DNA of 64,000 nt from Deltaproteobacteria bacterium. GTDB taxonomy: Bacteria > Desulfobacterota > Binatia > Bin18. Position 1 is the stretch's first letter; each line of letters begins with the position of its first letter. Shown here one piece after another: positions 47,731 to 59,280 of this stretch. Both the position numbers and the translations under genes were made by a program. Where the stretch lies: NCBI GenBank assembly GCA_009692435.1, contig SHZE01000001.1, forward strand, positions 13,243-77,242. The letters are read 5' to 3'. The notes beneath the pieces were generated by a model. That model saw nothing but the letters and a program-made list of their open reading frames with translations. It had not been told where the DNA came from and made no database searches.

Positions 47731-50456
47731 CACGCTGCCCCACGAGTGACCTGCAGTTTCTCCCGCAGTTGTCCAGCAAGCTGATCGGGGTTGGCGACTT
47801 TCACGCCATTATGGTCCGTCACATAAAATACATCCAGCACATGGTCCACATTGGTATTGATCTTGGCCAGGTGAATCACCAATCCCATCGTAAATAACGT
47901 ATAGGTAACGGAGAAGAGCAGCCCCATACGATCCGGCGCGGTGATGTCGATCACGGTGTAGTTGGTGGAGCTGTGGTTATCCACCTCGACATCCGTGCCA
48001 TAGCGGGAGGAGTGCTTATGGAGAAAAGACGGGACACGGGTGGCGCGCAGGAGATCGTCAAGCGTGCGTTTGCCTCGCAGGACCTCTTCCAGTCGCGCGT
48101 AGATATGCGTCCAGGTATCGGCATCCATCACCATGTTCCCCCGGTCGGCATGGGAAATCTGGAACACATCCAAGGCCAGCCCCTCGCTACTGGTTGTGAT
48201 CCTCGCTCCGCCAATACTGAGCCCCGCCGTGGCGAGGACGCCGGTGAGCATCGCGAACAGCCCGGGGCGATCCTGGGTCGCAATGGTGAACTCACTGTAC
48301 TCGCGTTCGGGAAAATGGAGCAGGGTGGCGCGGTACGCGTCCGTGTTGCCATTCGCGGGTTGCGTGAAGCGAGTCACAAGCTGAAAATGGCGGGGAATCG
48401 CTTCCTCCGGGGTCGATAATAAATAACTTTCCGGCATCGCGGCGAGAAACGTGGAGATGGCATCCACGGGAGCCGTCGCTCGGAGAGCGTGTATCAGCCG
48501 ATCTTGACGACGAACGAGACGCGCTTCCCGGTTCTCCTCAACTGGCTCACCGGTCTCCAGCCACTCTAAAGCGCGCAGATAGAGTTCATCGAGCAGCCCC
48601 CCTTTCCACGGGTTCCAGACTTTTGGACCAACCGCTTTCATATCGGCAAAGGTCAAGAGATACAGCTTCTTGAGCAGGGCGGGGGTCTCCACCATACGAG
48701 CAAATTCCGCGATCACGGTTTCGTCGGAGAGGTCTTTCCGTTGAGCGATAGAGGACATATGCAAATGGTGCTGGACGAGGAAGTGCCATTCGTGAGTCTC
48801 GTCCTGCGGGAGCTGCCAGCGCGCGGCGGCGGCTCGGGTCATCGCGGCTCCGCGTTCATCATGGTCGTGGCCGTAGCCTTTCCCGACATCGTGGTAGAGC
48901 ATGGAGAGAAAAAGAAATTCAATCTTGTCAATTTCGCGAATGACCTGCGTGAGCAGCGGGTGGTCGGCTTTGTACTCGCCATTGCGCAACCGCTCTAATT
49001 CGACGATGCCACGGAGCGAATGCTCATCGACGGTAAAGAAATGGTACATGTCGCGTTGCGTTTGCCAGCGTAGCCGACCAAATTCCGGCAAGAGCCAGCC
49101 CAGCACGCCCAGATCGTGCATGGTCGCGAGGGAGTAAGATACGCGCTGCTTCCACGCCAACACCGCGAAAAGTTCCGCCCGCGCCTCTGGGGTATCGCCC
49201 AGAGCTGGGGGGAGCTGTTGGACGTGGTCAGCAAGGAGGCGTTGGGTGTCATGAGCGATCCGCACCTCATGCCGCTGCGCGTCGTGGAAAACGGTGATGG
49301 CATTAAGCGGGTCGGTGGTCAGGATTTTCGCATCCGACACGACCAAGGTGCCATCAAGAATGCGCACGCCCTCCCGGATTTCTCGCCCGCCTGGACGACT
49401 GAAGAAACCAGAGAATCGCGGCGTGGGCCGACACCGTTCAAGGAGCCTCTCCGAAAAGGCGGAAATGGTCGTGGCGTGGCGATAGTATTCCCGCATAAAG
49501 CTGGGGACATCGGCGAAGCCCAGCGCTGGAGCAAGCGCATCTTGTCGCTCAAAGGTCAGCAGGTCCTGCTCCGCGTGCTCGGATAAATGCAGGGCATTGC
49601 GGACCCGCCACAGAAAGTCCCGCGCGGCTTCCACTTCCTTGAGGGTGGCGGCCGCGAGCACCCCTTTGGGAATGAGTTCGCGCAGGTCGCGAATCTTGAA
49701 CTTGACTTTCGCCAACCACCCGGCGGTGTGCAGATCGCGGAGCCCGCCTTTCCCTTCCTTGAGGTGCGGCTCCAGAATATAGATCGAGTCTCCGTAGCGT
49801 CGATGCCGCTCCTGGCTTTCGTTGGCTTTCTCTTGAAAGAAACGGTCGGCATTCTTATTGACGATCTCTCGCTCCACCGCAGTGGTGAACTCTTGCACCA
49901 ATGGTTCGTCGCCGCACAAGTAACGGTAGTCGATGAGCGCGGTTTTGACTTGGAAGTCCTGATTGGCCAAGCGGACACATTCGCGGACGTTGCGCACGGC
50001 GTGCCCAATCACGAATCCGGCGTCGAGTAAGCTGTAATACAGGGTCTCACAGATAGTCTCGACGTAGGGTGAAATTTTCCAGTGGTAGAGAAAGAGGAGG
50101 TCAATGTCGGAATACGGGTTCAGTTCACCACGACCGTAGCCCCCTTGAGCCAGCACGGTGCAGCGTTGATTCAGCCGGGGATTCCGTTGGGCATAGATTT
50201 GGGAGGCGGCGGCAAAGAGGTACTGAATCAAGCGGTCGATGTACCGCGTATGGAGCGTGACAATCTCGGTGCCCGTTGCGTTCGCCGCGTGCTGGAGAGC
50301 GAGCTCGGCGAGAACGCGCGCATGATATTCCTTGCTAATCGCGCGCAGATTGAGTGGCGGTTCCGTCGCCTCATCCAAGTTGCTTGGTGGCAGTGGCGGG
50401 AGAGGGATCGGCACGGGAGTCGAGGTTGTCCGAGCAAGTGTCTTATCTGTTATCAT
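47730..50456 (-). CDS. glnD: [Protein-PII] uridylyltransferase / uridylyl-removing enzyme GlnD
   Basis: Nucleotidyltransferase domain, HD domain (HDVGKG...HDERGA) and two C-terminal ACT domains; 908 aa. Confidence 0.9.
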   Translation of the reverse strand: MITDKTLARTTSTPVPIPLPPLPPSNLDEATEPPLNLRAISKEYHARVLAELALQHAANATGTEIVTLHTRYIDRLIQYLFAAASQIYAQRNPRLNQRCTVLAQGGYGRGELNPYSDIDLLFLYHWKISPYVETICETLYYSLLDAGFVIGHAVRNVRECVRLANQDFQVKTALIDYRYLCGDEPLVQEFTTAVEREIVNKNADRFFQEKANESQERHRRYGDSIYILEPHLKEGKGGLRDLHTAGWLAKVKFKIRDLRELIPKGVLAAATLKEVEAARDFLWRVRNALHLSEHAEQDLLTFERQDALAPALGFADVPSFMREYYRHATTISAFSERLLERCRPTPRFSGFFSRPGGREIREGVRILDGTLVVSDAKILTTDPLNAITVFHDAQRHEVRIAHDTQRLLADHVQQLPPALGDTPEARAELFAVLAWKQRVSYSLATMHDLGVLGWLLPEFGRLRWQTQRDMYHFFTVDEHSLRGIVELERLRNGEYKADHPLLTQVIREIDKIEFLFLSMLYHDVGKGYGHDHDERGAAMTRAAAARWQLPQDETHEWHFLVQHHLHMSSIAQRKDLSDETVIAEFARMVETPALLKKLYLLTFADMKAVGPKVWNPWKGGLLDELYLRALEWLETGEPVEENREARLVRRQDRLIHALRATAPVDAISTFLAAMPESYLLSTPEEAIPRHFQLVTRFTQPANGNTDAYRATLLHFPEREYSEFTIATQDRPGLFAMLTGVLATAGLSIGGARITTSSEGLALDVFQISHADRGNMVMDADTWTHIYARLEEVLRGKRTLDDLLRATRVPSFLHKHSSRYGTDVEVDNHSSTNYTVIDITAPDRMGLLFSVTYTLFTMGLVIHLAKINTNVDHVLDVFYVTDHNGVKVANPDQLAGQLREKLQVTRGAA

Positions 50457-50465
50457 AGAAAACCT

Positions 50466-50548
50466 ACGGTCAAACGTAAAGCGTCAAACGTACAATATGC
50501 AATGTGATCCGCCGTGGGTTTTTCACGATTGACGTTTGACGTTTCACG
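50466..50548. repeat. ACGTAAA-unit palindromic element (family member 5 of 5)
   Basis: GTCAAACGTAAAGCGTCAAACGTA ... GATTGACGTTTGACGTTTCACGC inverted repeat between the amiC 3' end and the glnD start. Confidence 0.6.
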
Positions 50549-50552
50549 CTCC

Positions 50553-52010
50553 TCACAAATCACCGGCGGCATCGTCTCGCAAGAAACGTGCGATTCCTTG
50601 AAAGAGTCCCTCAGCAAGCTCCTCTTGATAGGTAGAGGTCCCCAGGCGTTTCCCTTCAATGGCATGCGAGAGAAACGCGGTCTCGACCAGGATACAGGGC
50701 ATGTGGGCACCAACAAGGACATAGAAGGGCCCCTTTTTCACACCAAGATCACGGGCGTCAGGATAGTGCGCGCGAGCTTGGTTGACAAGCGCGCGCTGGA
50801 CAGACCGGGCGAGCGCGATCGACTCTTCTGATTTTCCGGTTTGGATCAAATCACTGAGAATCAGCGCGAGATCATTCCCCCGTCGTCCCTGGCCTCCTCG
50901 CGCAAGATTGCGGTTTTCGAGCTTTGCTAACCGGAGGGTCGCGCGATCGTTTGTGTTGTTCAGGTAATACGTCTCAATGCCGTGGGTCTCGCTGTTCGGG
51001 CTCGCATTCGCATGAATGGAAATGAAGAGGTCTGCCTTTGCCGCATTCGCCCGAGCGGTACGCCCTGGCAGTGAAATAAACATGTCACGACCGCGGGTGA
51101 GCATGACCTCGACCGAAAGACGGTCTTGTAATTTTTTGGCAAGCCGCTTGCCGATCGCCAACACGACATGCTTTTCCCAGATGCCGTGGTGCCCGCGGGC
51201 TCCAGGATCATGACCGCCATGTCCGGGGTCGAGCATGATGCGATAGCGGCGCCCGGTTCGAGGTCGGGGCACTGGCGGTGCGGATTCTGGCGACGCTTCC
51301 GACACCTCCTCCTCCACTTCATCTGACGCCGGAGGTGTGACGGGAAGAGGAGAAGGCGTGGCAGGTGGTGACTCCTCCTCCTGGTCTTCTCGGTTTCCTT
51401 GGTCTTTCTGAGTTTGAGGTCGAGGTTCGGGGACTTGGCTGGGAGGTTCCGGTTCTTGTGGTGGAGGTTGTGGCTCGTGGCGTTGCGGTTCCAGGTCGCG
51501 GTAGGGACGAGGAGAAGACACCTTCCGCAACACAATCACCACTTGATAAGGGGATCGGAGGTCGAGCGCGTGATAGGTGCTGCTCCCCGCGAGTTCGAGA
51601 GCAATCCTCACCGTCGCGGGAAATATTTGCTCACTACGAACCGACGTGAGGAGTGCATCACCAACCCGAAGAGTCGCGGGAATGCTTGAGGCCAGTGTCG
51701 CCGATGAAAAAATAATATCGAGACGGGTCGGAGGAATATCAGCTCGTTGCTCAGATGACCCAGACTCGGCTGTGACTTGGTAACGGATTGGCCGCGAGAG
51801 GGAGATAATGACCCGTGTCGCATCATCAGTGGTCAGCGTACGAACGTTGGTGATGAGACCGATATCCTGTGCGGCGAGAGGGGTGACACTGCCCGTTATG
51901 AGAAGGAACAGCGCCAAGAGCATGGAGAGAGAAGAGCATGGGAAGGAGAGCAAACGACCTGAATCGCGCCAGAGAAAAAGAGGGGAAAGAAAGAGGTGAG
52001 AACCATTCAT
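50553..52010 (-). CDS. amiC: N-acetylmuramoyl-L-alanine amidase (AmiC-like: AMIN domain, Pro-rich linker, Amidase_3)
   Basis: C-terminal Amidase_3 motifs IMLDPGHGGHDPGA, LFISIHANA and ETAFLSH; signal peptide; PEPQPPP-rich linker. Confidence 0.8.
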   Translation of the reverse strand: MNGSHLFLSPLFLWRDSGRLLSFPCSSLSMLLALFLLITGSVTPLAAQDIGLITNVRTLTTDDATRVIISLSRPIRYQVTAESGSSEQRADIPPTRLDIIFSSATLASSIPATLRVGDALLTSVRSEQIFPATVRIALELAGSSTYHALDLRSPYQVVIVLRKVSSPRPYRDLEPQRHEPQPPPQEPEPPSQVPEPRPQTQKDQGNREDQEEESPPATPSPLPVTPPASDEVEEEVSEASPESAPPVPRPRTGRRYRIMLDPGHGGHDPGARGHHGIWEKHVVLAIGKRLAKKLQDRLSVEVMLTRGRDMFISLPGRTARANAAKADLFISIHANASPNSETHGIETYYLNNTNDRATLRLAKLENRNLARGGQGRRGNDLALILSDLIQTGKSEESIALARSVQRALVNQARAHYPDARDLGVKKGPFYVLVGAHMPCILVETAFLSHAIEGKRLGTSTYQEELAEGLFQGIARFLRDDAAGDL

Positions 52011-52092
52011 CCGCTGTACCCTACTCCTCCCTCGTATGCCTCCCCTCTTCGTTATCCGCGAGGACGGGTCGCGACCCGTCCTCGCGCGATCT

Positions 52093-53370
<1,278 letters not shown>

Positions 53371-53388
53371 TCATTTCCTCATGTACTT

Positions 53389-54567
53389 CTACTTCAGACT
53401 GGCGGATCGTTTCAGCGTGTCCACCTTGTCGATCCGCTCCCAGGTAAACAACCCGCCCTCGGCTGGTCGCCCAAAGTGACCGTAGGCCGCCGTTGGTCGA
53501 TAGATCGGGCGTTTAAGATTGAGAGACTGAATAATCGCGGCGGGGCGGAGATCAAAATTTTCACGCACCACTTGTGATAAGCGTTCATCCGGGATGACAC
53601 TGGTGCCAAAGGAATCGACCAGCACAGAGACCGGGTCCGCTATCCCAATCGCGTAGGCAAGCTGCACTTCGCAGCGTTTCGCCAAACCCGCCGCTACAAT
53701 GTTCTTAGCGATGTAGCGGGCCATATAGGCGGCTGACCGATCCACCTTGGAGGGGTCTTTGCCAGAGAACGCCCCTCCACCATGCCGTCCGTAGCCACCG
53801 TAGGTATCGACGATAATTTTGCGGCCTGTGAGGCCGCAGTCCGCGAACGGGCCTCCGTGCACGAACCGTCCCGTGGGATTGACCAGGTACACCGTCTTAC
53901 TGTCAAGAAATTCCTTCGGGACGACCCGTTTAATAATGTCTTCCACCACCGCTTCTTTGATAGTGTTGTACGAGGTATCGGGATGATGTTGCGCGGAGAT
54001 GAGCACGGTATCCGCCCGTACTGGCACACCGTCGCGATAATGGACGGTAACTTGCGATTTGGCATCGGGACGGAGGAAGGGGAGCCGTCCACTTTTCCGA
54101 GCCTTGGTCAGCTCTTCCATCAGGCGGTGCGCGGTATAGATCGGGAACGGCATGTATTCCTTGGTTTCGTCACAGGCAAAACCAAACATCATGCCTTGGT
54201 CACCAGCGCCTTGTTCCTTGTGCAGCCCTTCTCCTTCTGTCACCCCTTGAGAGATGTCGGGGGATTGTTGTCCAATGGCCGTGAGAACGGAGCAGGTTTC
54301 GGCATCAAACCCCAACTCCGAGCTGGTGTAACCAATGTCGGCGACAACCTTCCGAGTCACATCGACGTAATTGATATTCGCTCTGGTCGTAATCTCGCCA
54401 GCAATCACTACCATGCCGGTCTTGGTCAGGGTTTCACAGGCGACGCGGCTGTCAGGGTCAATCGCGAGCAAGGCATCCAGCACGCCATCAGAAATCTGAT
54501 CACACATCTTGTCAGGATGTCCTTCGGATACGGACTCCGAAGTAAATAAGAATTCTTTCGCGGCCAT
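53389..54567 (-). CDS. metK: S-adenosylmethionine synthetase
   Basis: N-terminus [22 protein letters not shown], the GGGAFSGKD loop, and the C-terminal domain. Confidence 0.95.
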   Translation of the reverse strand: MAAKEFLFTSESVSEGHPDKMCDQISDGVLDALLAIDPDSRVACETLTKTGMVVIAGEITTRANINYVDVTRKVVADIGYTSSELGFDAETCSVLTAIGQQSPDISQGVTEGEGLHKEQGAGDQGMMFGFACDETKEYMPFPIYTAHRLMEELTKARKSGRLPFLRPDAKSQVTVHYRDGVPVRADTVLISAQHHPDTSYNTIKEAVVEDIIKRVVPKEFLDSKTVYLVNPTGRFVHGGPFADCGLTGRKIIVDTYGGYGRHGGGAFSGKDPSKVDRSAAYMARYIAKNIVAAGLAKRCEVQLAYAIGIADPVSVLVDSFGTSVIPDERLSQVVRENFDLRPAAIIQSLNLKRPIYRPTAAYGHFGRPAEGGLFTWERIDKVDTLKRSASLK

Positions 54568-54749
54568 AATAGCAGTCTCCTTCGTTCCACTCTCCTCTTC
54601 AGCGAGAGAGCAGGCGCATGTAATAGGATAGGCTGTAGAGCGTCAAGGGGTGAAACCAGCGTGTGGCAAATGGCGTATGGCAGGAACCTCCTTGCCATGG
54701 CGCGAAGCGAACGATGAGCCATTTGCCATGGAGCGAAGCGAGCTATACG

Positions 54750-55031
54750 CTATTCTTCGTAGAACCGGGCCTCAACCACTTTGCTCAAGGTAGCGAGAGC
54801 GGCATCGGCATCCATACCAGTGATTCGCACGTCGAGGACACTGCCACAGGGGGCACCCAAGGTCATCAGGTCCAGCATACTGCGTCCGTTGACCACGCGG
54901 TTCTGCCAACTGACGGAAACCTCAGACTTCAACCCGGAAAGCGACCGCACGAATACCGCCGCCGCACGCGCGTGGAGTCCTTGTTTGTTGCTCAGGGTCA
55001 ATTGCGCATGCAGGGTGGATTCGTCGGACAT
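54750..55031 (-). CDS. ptsO: Nitrogen-related phosphocarrier protein NPr (HPr-like, PtsO); true start probably a few codons downstream
   Basis: Active-site motif GLHARAAA (His), 93 aa, located after rapZ in the conserved rpoN-ptsN-rapZ-ptsO cluster. Confidence 0.7.
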   Translation of the reverse strand: MSDESTLHAQLTLSNKQGLHARAAAVFVRSLSGLKSEVSVSWQNRVVNGRSMLDLMTLGAPCGSVLDVRITGMDADAALATLSKVVEARFYEE

Positions 55032-55051
55032 ACAATATGATGTCTTCTACG

Positions 55052-55960
55052 TTACCGATGCACATCCCGGTGACGGAGCTGGACCGTATAACCCCACTCG
55101 GTCATCCGCCGCCCAAGTTCTTCCGCGATAGCGACCGAGCGGTGACGACCACCAGTGCACCCAATCGCGACAGTCAGATAACTTTTCCCCTCACGCACAT
55201 AGAGCGGGAGTGTGGTGTGGAGGAGCGTGCTCACTTGCGCGAGAAAGGTTTCTGCCTCTGGCCGTTGCAAGACATAAGCGGCAACATCCGCCTCTTTCCC
55301 TGTTTTAGGGCGGAGGTCTTCAATAAAAAAAGGGTTGGCGAGAAAGCGCATGTCAAACATAAGGTCCGCATCGACCGGCACCCCATGTTTATAGCCAAAG
55401 GATTCGACCGTCACGAGTAACGTCGGTTGTTCGTGTGGCGTGGCGAGTCGTTGCCGGAGTTGCTCCCGCAGTTCATGCACGGTGGAGGTGGAGGTGTCGA
55501 TGATCTGGTCCGCGCTCTCGCGCAAGCCCGAGAGGTGGTCCCGTTCGAACTGAATTCCTTCCGCGACACTGCCGCCCCGCACCCCTGGGTGTGGCCGTCG
55601 GGTCTCACTAAAGCGCTGGAGCAAGATGGCATCAGCGGCTTCCAGATAGAGCACTTCCACCCGCTGGCCGCGCTGGCGCAGCTCGGCCAATACGTTGGGA
55701 TAGTTGCGTAATGACATCCGCTCACGTTGGTCGATGCCGAACGCCACTCGTGTGATCGGCTCTTCGCTATTCGCACACAGTTCGAGGAAGCGTGAAATCA
55801 GCGCGACCGGGAGGTTGTCGATACAGTAGAACCCCAAATCTTCCAGCACATGGAGGGCCGTGCTTTTTCCAGCTCCTGACAACCCAGTCACGATCAAGAC
55901 TTGCCTCGTCTCGGATTGAGGCGGTGGCAACACAGGATCAGAGTTTGGCATCTTCGTCAC
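55052..55960 (-). CDS. rapZ: RNase adapter protein RapZ (YhbJ P-loop NTPase)
   Basis: Walker A motif VTGLSGAGKST, followed by the conserved RapZ C-terminal domain. Confidence 0.9.
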   Translation of the reverse strand: MTKMPNSDPVLPPPQSETRQVLIVTGLSGAGKSTALHVLEDLGFYCIDNLPVALISRFLELCANSEEPITRVAFGIDQRERMSLRNYPNVLAELRQRGQRVEVLYLEAADAILLQRFSETRRPHPGVRGGSVAEGIQFERDHLSGLRESADQIIDTSTSTVHELREQLRQRLATPHEQPTLLVTVESFGYKHGVPVDADLMFDMRFLANPFFIEDLRPKTGKEADVAAYVLQRPEAETFLAQVSTLLHTTLPLYVREGKSYLTVAIGCTGGRHRSVAIAEELGRRMTEWGYTVQLRHRDVHR

Positions 55961-56399
55961 AGATCACTTGATACAAGGTCGATCCAGTCGCCTCTTGGAG
56001 GAGCCGGTCACGAAATGCGCGCTCTTTCAGCAAGCGGGATACGCGCGCCAGCGCTTTGAGATGCAACCCAGCGGATTCGTCCGGCGCCACGAGCAGAAAA
56101 AACAGCTTGGTCGGTTGCCCATCAAGGGAATGACAATCAATCCCCATGAGGCTGCGCCCGAACACGGCCATCACCCCCTTGAGTCCTGGCAATTTGCCAT
56201 GAGGAATAGCAATGCCTTCCCCAATAGCCGTCGTCCCCAAGCGCTCGCGGTCGAGCAGTACGGTCACGAGCTGTTCGGCTTTGATCTCTGGTCGTTTGCT
56301 CGCCAGATACTGAGCGAGTTCCTGCAGCACGTCGGTTTTCGTCGTGCTGTGTAAATTCGGGATGATCAGGTCTGCTGTCAGAATATCGGCTACACGCAT
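55938..56399 (-). CDS. ptsN: PTS EIIA-Ntr (nitrogen regulatory IIA)
   Basis: PTS_EIIA_2 fold with the phospho-His motif GEGIAIPHGK. Start trimmed to MRVADIL. Confidence 0.8.
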   Translation of the reverse strand: MRVADILTADLIIPNLHSTTKTDVLQELAQYLASKRPEIKAEQLVTVLLDRERLGTTAIGEGIAIPHGKLPGLKGVMAVFGRSLMGIDCHSLDGQPTKLFFLLVAPDESAGLHLKALARVSRLLKERAFRDRLLQEATGSTLYQVICDEDAKL

Positions 56400-56432
56400 G
56401 GGGTCCTTATCCCGCAGCCACACGCACTCTGC

Positions 56433-57887
56433 TTATTGGAGTGCGTGTTTCCGCTTTGCTGAAGAGAGTATATTGAGGCTTTCTCGATATTTCGCAACCG
56501 TGCGACGGGCAATGGTCACATGGCCACGCGATAAGGCTTGGGCAATATCTTCATCGCTTAATGGATGCGCGATGTCTTCATTGGCGATCATCTCGCGAAT
56601 TTGGTTTTTGACGGTTTCGGCGGCCACATCTTCGCCCGGTTGGCCTTTGAGGCCCGTGGTGAAGAACTTCTTCATGGCCATGATCCCCCGTGGGGTCGCC
56701 ATGTATTTGTTGGCGATAGCGCGACTGACAGTGGACTCATGGACACCGACATCTCCGGCGACATCGCGTAAGACCAAGGGGTGCATCCGTGAGACCCCGT
56801 GGATCAAGAAATCCTGCTGGAATTTGACAATGCTTTCCGTCACCAAGTAGAGCGTCCGTTGGCGTCGCTGAATGCTCTTAATGAGCCAGGCCGCCGAGCG
56901 CAGTCTCTCGTTCAGATACTCCTTGGTCGTCCCCCCTTCGGCCAGCAACCGACGATACGCATTGCTGACGCGGAGGCGTGGGAGTCCTTCTTCATTCATG
57001 GTGATGACATAGTCGTCCCCGACTTTGTGGACATGGACATCGGGAATGACATAGCGAACCTCATCTTCCTCGAAGTCACGCGCGGGTTTGGGTTCGAGCG
57101 CTACGACGATTTTCATCGCCTGGGCAATCTCGTCCATCGTTACCCCTAAGGTCTTCGCCAGTCGATCAAAACGGTGACTTTCGAGGGTCTCAAGATGATT
57201 CTGCACGATGCGCGTCGCGAGCGTCAGCGCCGGGTCCTCACCGCGCGGCTTTTCTAGTGCGTGCGCGCGCAACTGCATCAATAAACATTCCCGCAGGTCA
57301 CGTGCGCCAATCCCAAGGGGATCACACGCTTGGATGAGCTGGAGGACATACGCGACCAACTCAATACTCACGCCCGCGCTGGCCGCCAGCTCCTCAAGCG
57401 GCGTTTCACAATACCCGGAGCCATTGAGGTTGCCAATAATGACAGACGCCACCCGCTCCTCGTCCTCGCTGAGATCGTGAAACCGGAGTTGTTCCGTCAA
57501 ATGGTCCGCGAGGGACTCCGCGCGCACCATGCGATTCTCCAGAGAGCGCTGCCGGTCATCCTCGTCATCATTGCCGCCACTGGAGGTTGGCAATGATGGC
57601 GTGCTTTCTTGATACGAATCGAAATACGCCTCCCAGTTCATATCTTCCTGTTGCGGGGCGTCGGTCACCGTAACGGGGGTGTCGCCATCGCCGACCATGG
57701 GCGGCTCTTCGAGAATTGGCGTTTCCCCTTCCGCGCGTTCGAGTACGGGATTCTCGGCCAGTTCCTCCTCGATCATCGTATCAAGCTCTTCGCGTTGCAG
57801 TTGGAGAATTTTAATCGCCTGACGCAATTGTGGCGTCATGACCAATTTTTGCTGTAACTTCTGAAGAAGGCGTACCTCTAGTGCCAT
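56433..57887 (-). CDS. rpoN: RNA polymerase sigma-54 factor
   Basis: N-terminal activator-interacting region, core-binding domain, and C-terminal RpoN box ARRTVAKYRE plus HTH. Confidence 0.9.
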   Translation of the reverse strand: MALEVRLLQKLQQKLVMTPQLRQAIKILQLQREELDTMIEEELAENPVLERAEGETPILEEPPMVGDGDTPVTVTDAPQQEDMNWEAYFDSYQESTPSLPTSSGGNDDEDDRQRSLENRMVRAESLADHLTEQLRFHDLSEDEERVASVIIGNLNGSGYCETPLEELAASAGVSIELVAYVLQLIQACDPLGIGARDLRECLLMQLRAHALEKPRGEDPALTLATRIVQNHLETLESHRFDRLAKTLGVTMDEIAQAMKIVVALEPKPARDFEEDEVRYVIPDVHVHKVGDDYVITMNEEGLPRLRVSNAYRRLLAEGGTTKEYLNERLRSAAWLIKSIQRRQRTLYLVTESIVKFQQDFLIHGVSRMHPLVLRDVAGDVGVHESTVSRAIANKYMATPRGIMAMKKFFTTGLKGQPGEDVAAETVKNQIREMIANEDIAHPLSDEDIAQALSRGHVTIARRTVAKYRESLNILSSAKRKHALQ

Positions 57888-57901
57888 ATCCCTATCCGTC
57901 C

Positions 57902-58654
57902 CTACCGAGAGCCCGCGAGGCTGAAGCGCTCGCCGAGATAGACTTGCCGGACGCGCTCATTGGCTGCCAATTCCGCGGGAGACCCTTCGTGAAAGATCGC
58001 CCCGTCCGTGAGGAGGTACGCGCGATCGCAAATCCGCAACGTCTCCTGAGCGTTGTGATCGGTAATCAAAATCCCGATCTGACGCTCCCGCAATTGGGCG
58101 ATAATTTCTTGAATATCAATGACCGACAATGGATCAATGCCAGCAAACGGTTCATCAAGCAACATGAAGGAGGGGGACAGCACTAACGCTCTGGTAATTT
58201 CAACCCGGCGCCGTTCCCCGCCGGACAACGATTCGGCACGGCGATCCGCGAGATGGCTGATCCGTAGTTCCGCTAACAAATGCGTCAAGCGATCCGTCCG
58301 TTCCGCGGCACTAATGGACAGCGTCTCAAGAATCGCCATGACGTTCTCCGCCACCGTCAGTTTGCGGAACACCGAGAGTTCTTGCGGGAGATAGGTCACT
58401 CCCTTTCGCGCCCGTTGGTGCATGGGGAGGTTGGTGATGTCTTCCCCATTGTAGAGCACGCTGCCTTGATCGGGACGAATAATGCCCACGATGATGGAAA
58501 ATGTCGTGGTTTTACCGGCTCCATTCGGACCCAGAAGCCCAACGACTTCGCCCCCTTTCACCTCCACCGTGACATTGCGAAGGACAGGGCGACGATTATA
58601 CGATTTGTGGAGCCCTTCCCCTCGGAGGAGTGGAAGGACCGGGGGCGTATTCAC
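57902..58654 (-). CDS. lptB: LPS export ABC transporter ATP-binding protein LptB
   Basis: Walker A GPNGAGKTT, signature LSGGERRRVEI and Walker B LLDEP; 250 aa. Confidence 0.9.
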   Translation of the reverse strand: MNTPPVLPLLRGEGLHKSYNRRPVLRNVTVEVKGGEVVGLLGPNGAGKTTTFSIIVGIIRPDQGSVLYNGEDITNLPMHQRARKGVTYLPQELSVFRKLTVAENVMAILETLSISAAERTDRLTHLLAELRISHLADRRAESLSGGERRRVEITRALVLSPSFMLLDEPFAGIDPLSVIDIQEIIAQLRERQIGILITDHNAQETLRICDRAYLLTDGAIFHEGSPAELAANERVRQVYLGERFSLAGSR

Positions 58655-59280
58655 CGTGGACTTTCTCCTTTCGCCCCTTTAGCTTCTTGTTTTGGCGTGA
58701 GAACCATTTTCGGATCGCCTTCAACCGTCGTACGCCCCTCATCGACGTAGATCGTCACTTTTTGCCCGGTCACCTCGTTGGCTTGGTCGCGCAGGGTCGC
58801 GTTGCCCGTGAGGGTAATCGTGCGTGCCGCGTCACTAAAGACGGCTTTGTCGCATGTGGCATTGCGGGTAGTCGAAACAATCTCCACGTTGTTTTCGGCG
58901 ATAATCTCCTTGATCTTTTGCCCTTGAGTCGTGTTCGTCGTTCCTTTCGTCTGGGCAGCAGGAGTAACAGTAGGCGTAGGCGCCGTGTCCTCATACGTGA
59001 CGGTCAACGTGCTGCTCTTCAGCGTCGAATCGCCTTGCGTGGCAACAACCGAGCCGCGATAAATAATGCGCTTTTGATTATAGAAAAACTCCAAGTCGTG
59101 CGAGCGGATATGAATCGGCTCTTTCCGGGAAGTAAAGTCTAAGGCTCCGAAAGGACTGGGCTGCTTGGCCGGAGCCTCCGCGGCGGCAACCCGGGGGGCG
59201 TCCCAGATCATCCGCGCGGACAGACTCACCACCGTAACGAACGCCACGAATGCCGCGCGCATTCCACCCCACCTCCTCAT
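58651..59280 (-). CDS. lptA: LPS transport periplasmic protein LptA (OstA-like)
   Basis: Signal peptide and OstA_N beta-jellyroll repeats; conserved position between lptC and lptB, with overlapping stops and starts. Confidence 0.65.
   Translation of the reverse strand: MRRWGGMRAAFVAFVTVVSLSARMIWDAPRVAAAEAPAKQPSPFGALDFTSRKEPIHIRSHDLEFFYNQKRIIYRGSVVATQGDSTLKSSTLTVTYEDTAPTPTVTPAAQTKGTTNTTQGQKIKEIIAENNVEIVSTTRNATCDKAVFSDAARTITLTGNATLRDQANEVTGQKVTIYVDEGRTTVEGDPKMVLTPKQEAKGAKGESPR

Noticed and set aside
56400-56432. Expected hpf (ribosome hibernation factor) gene between rpoN and ptsN, as in the enterobacterial cluster
   Set aside because: Only 33 bp separate rpoN and ptsN here, so the gene is simply absent from this cluster. 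This is noted as an absence, not a feature.
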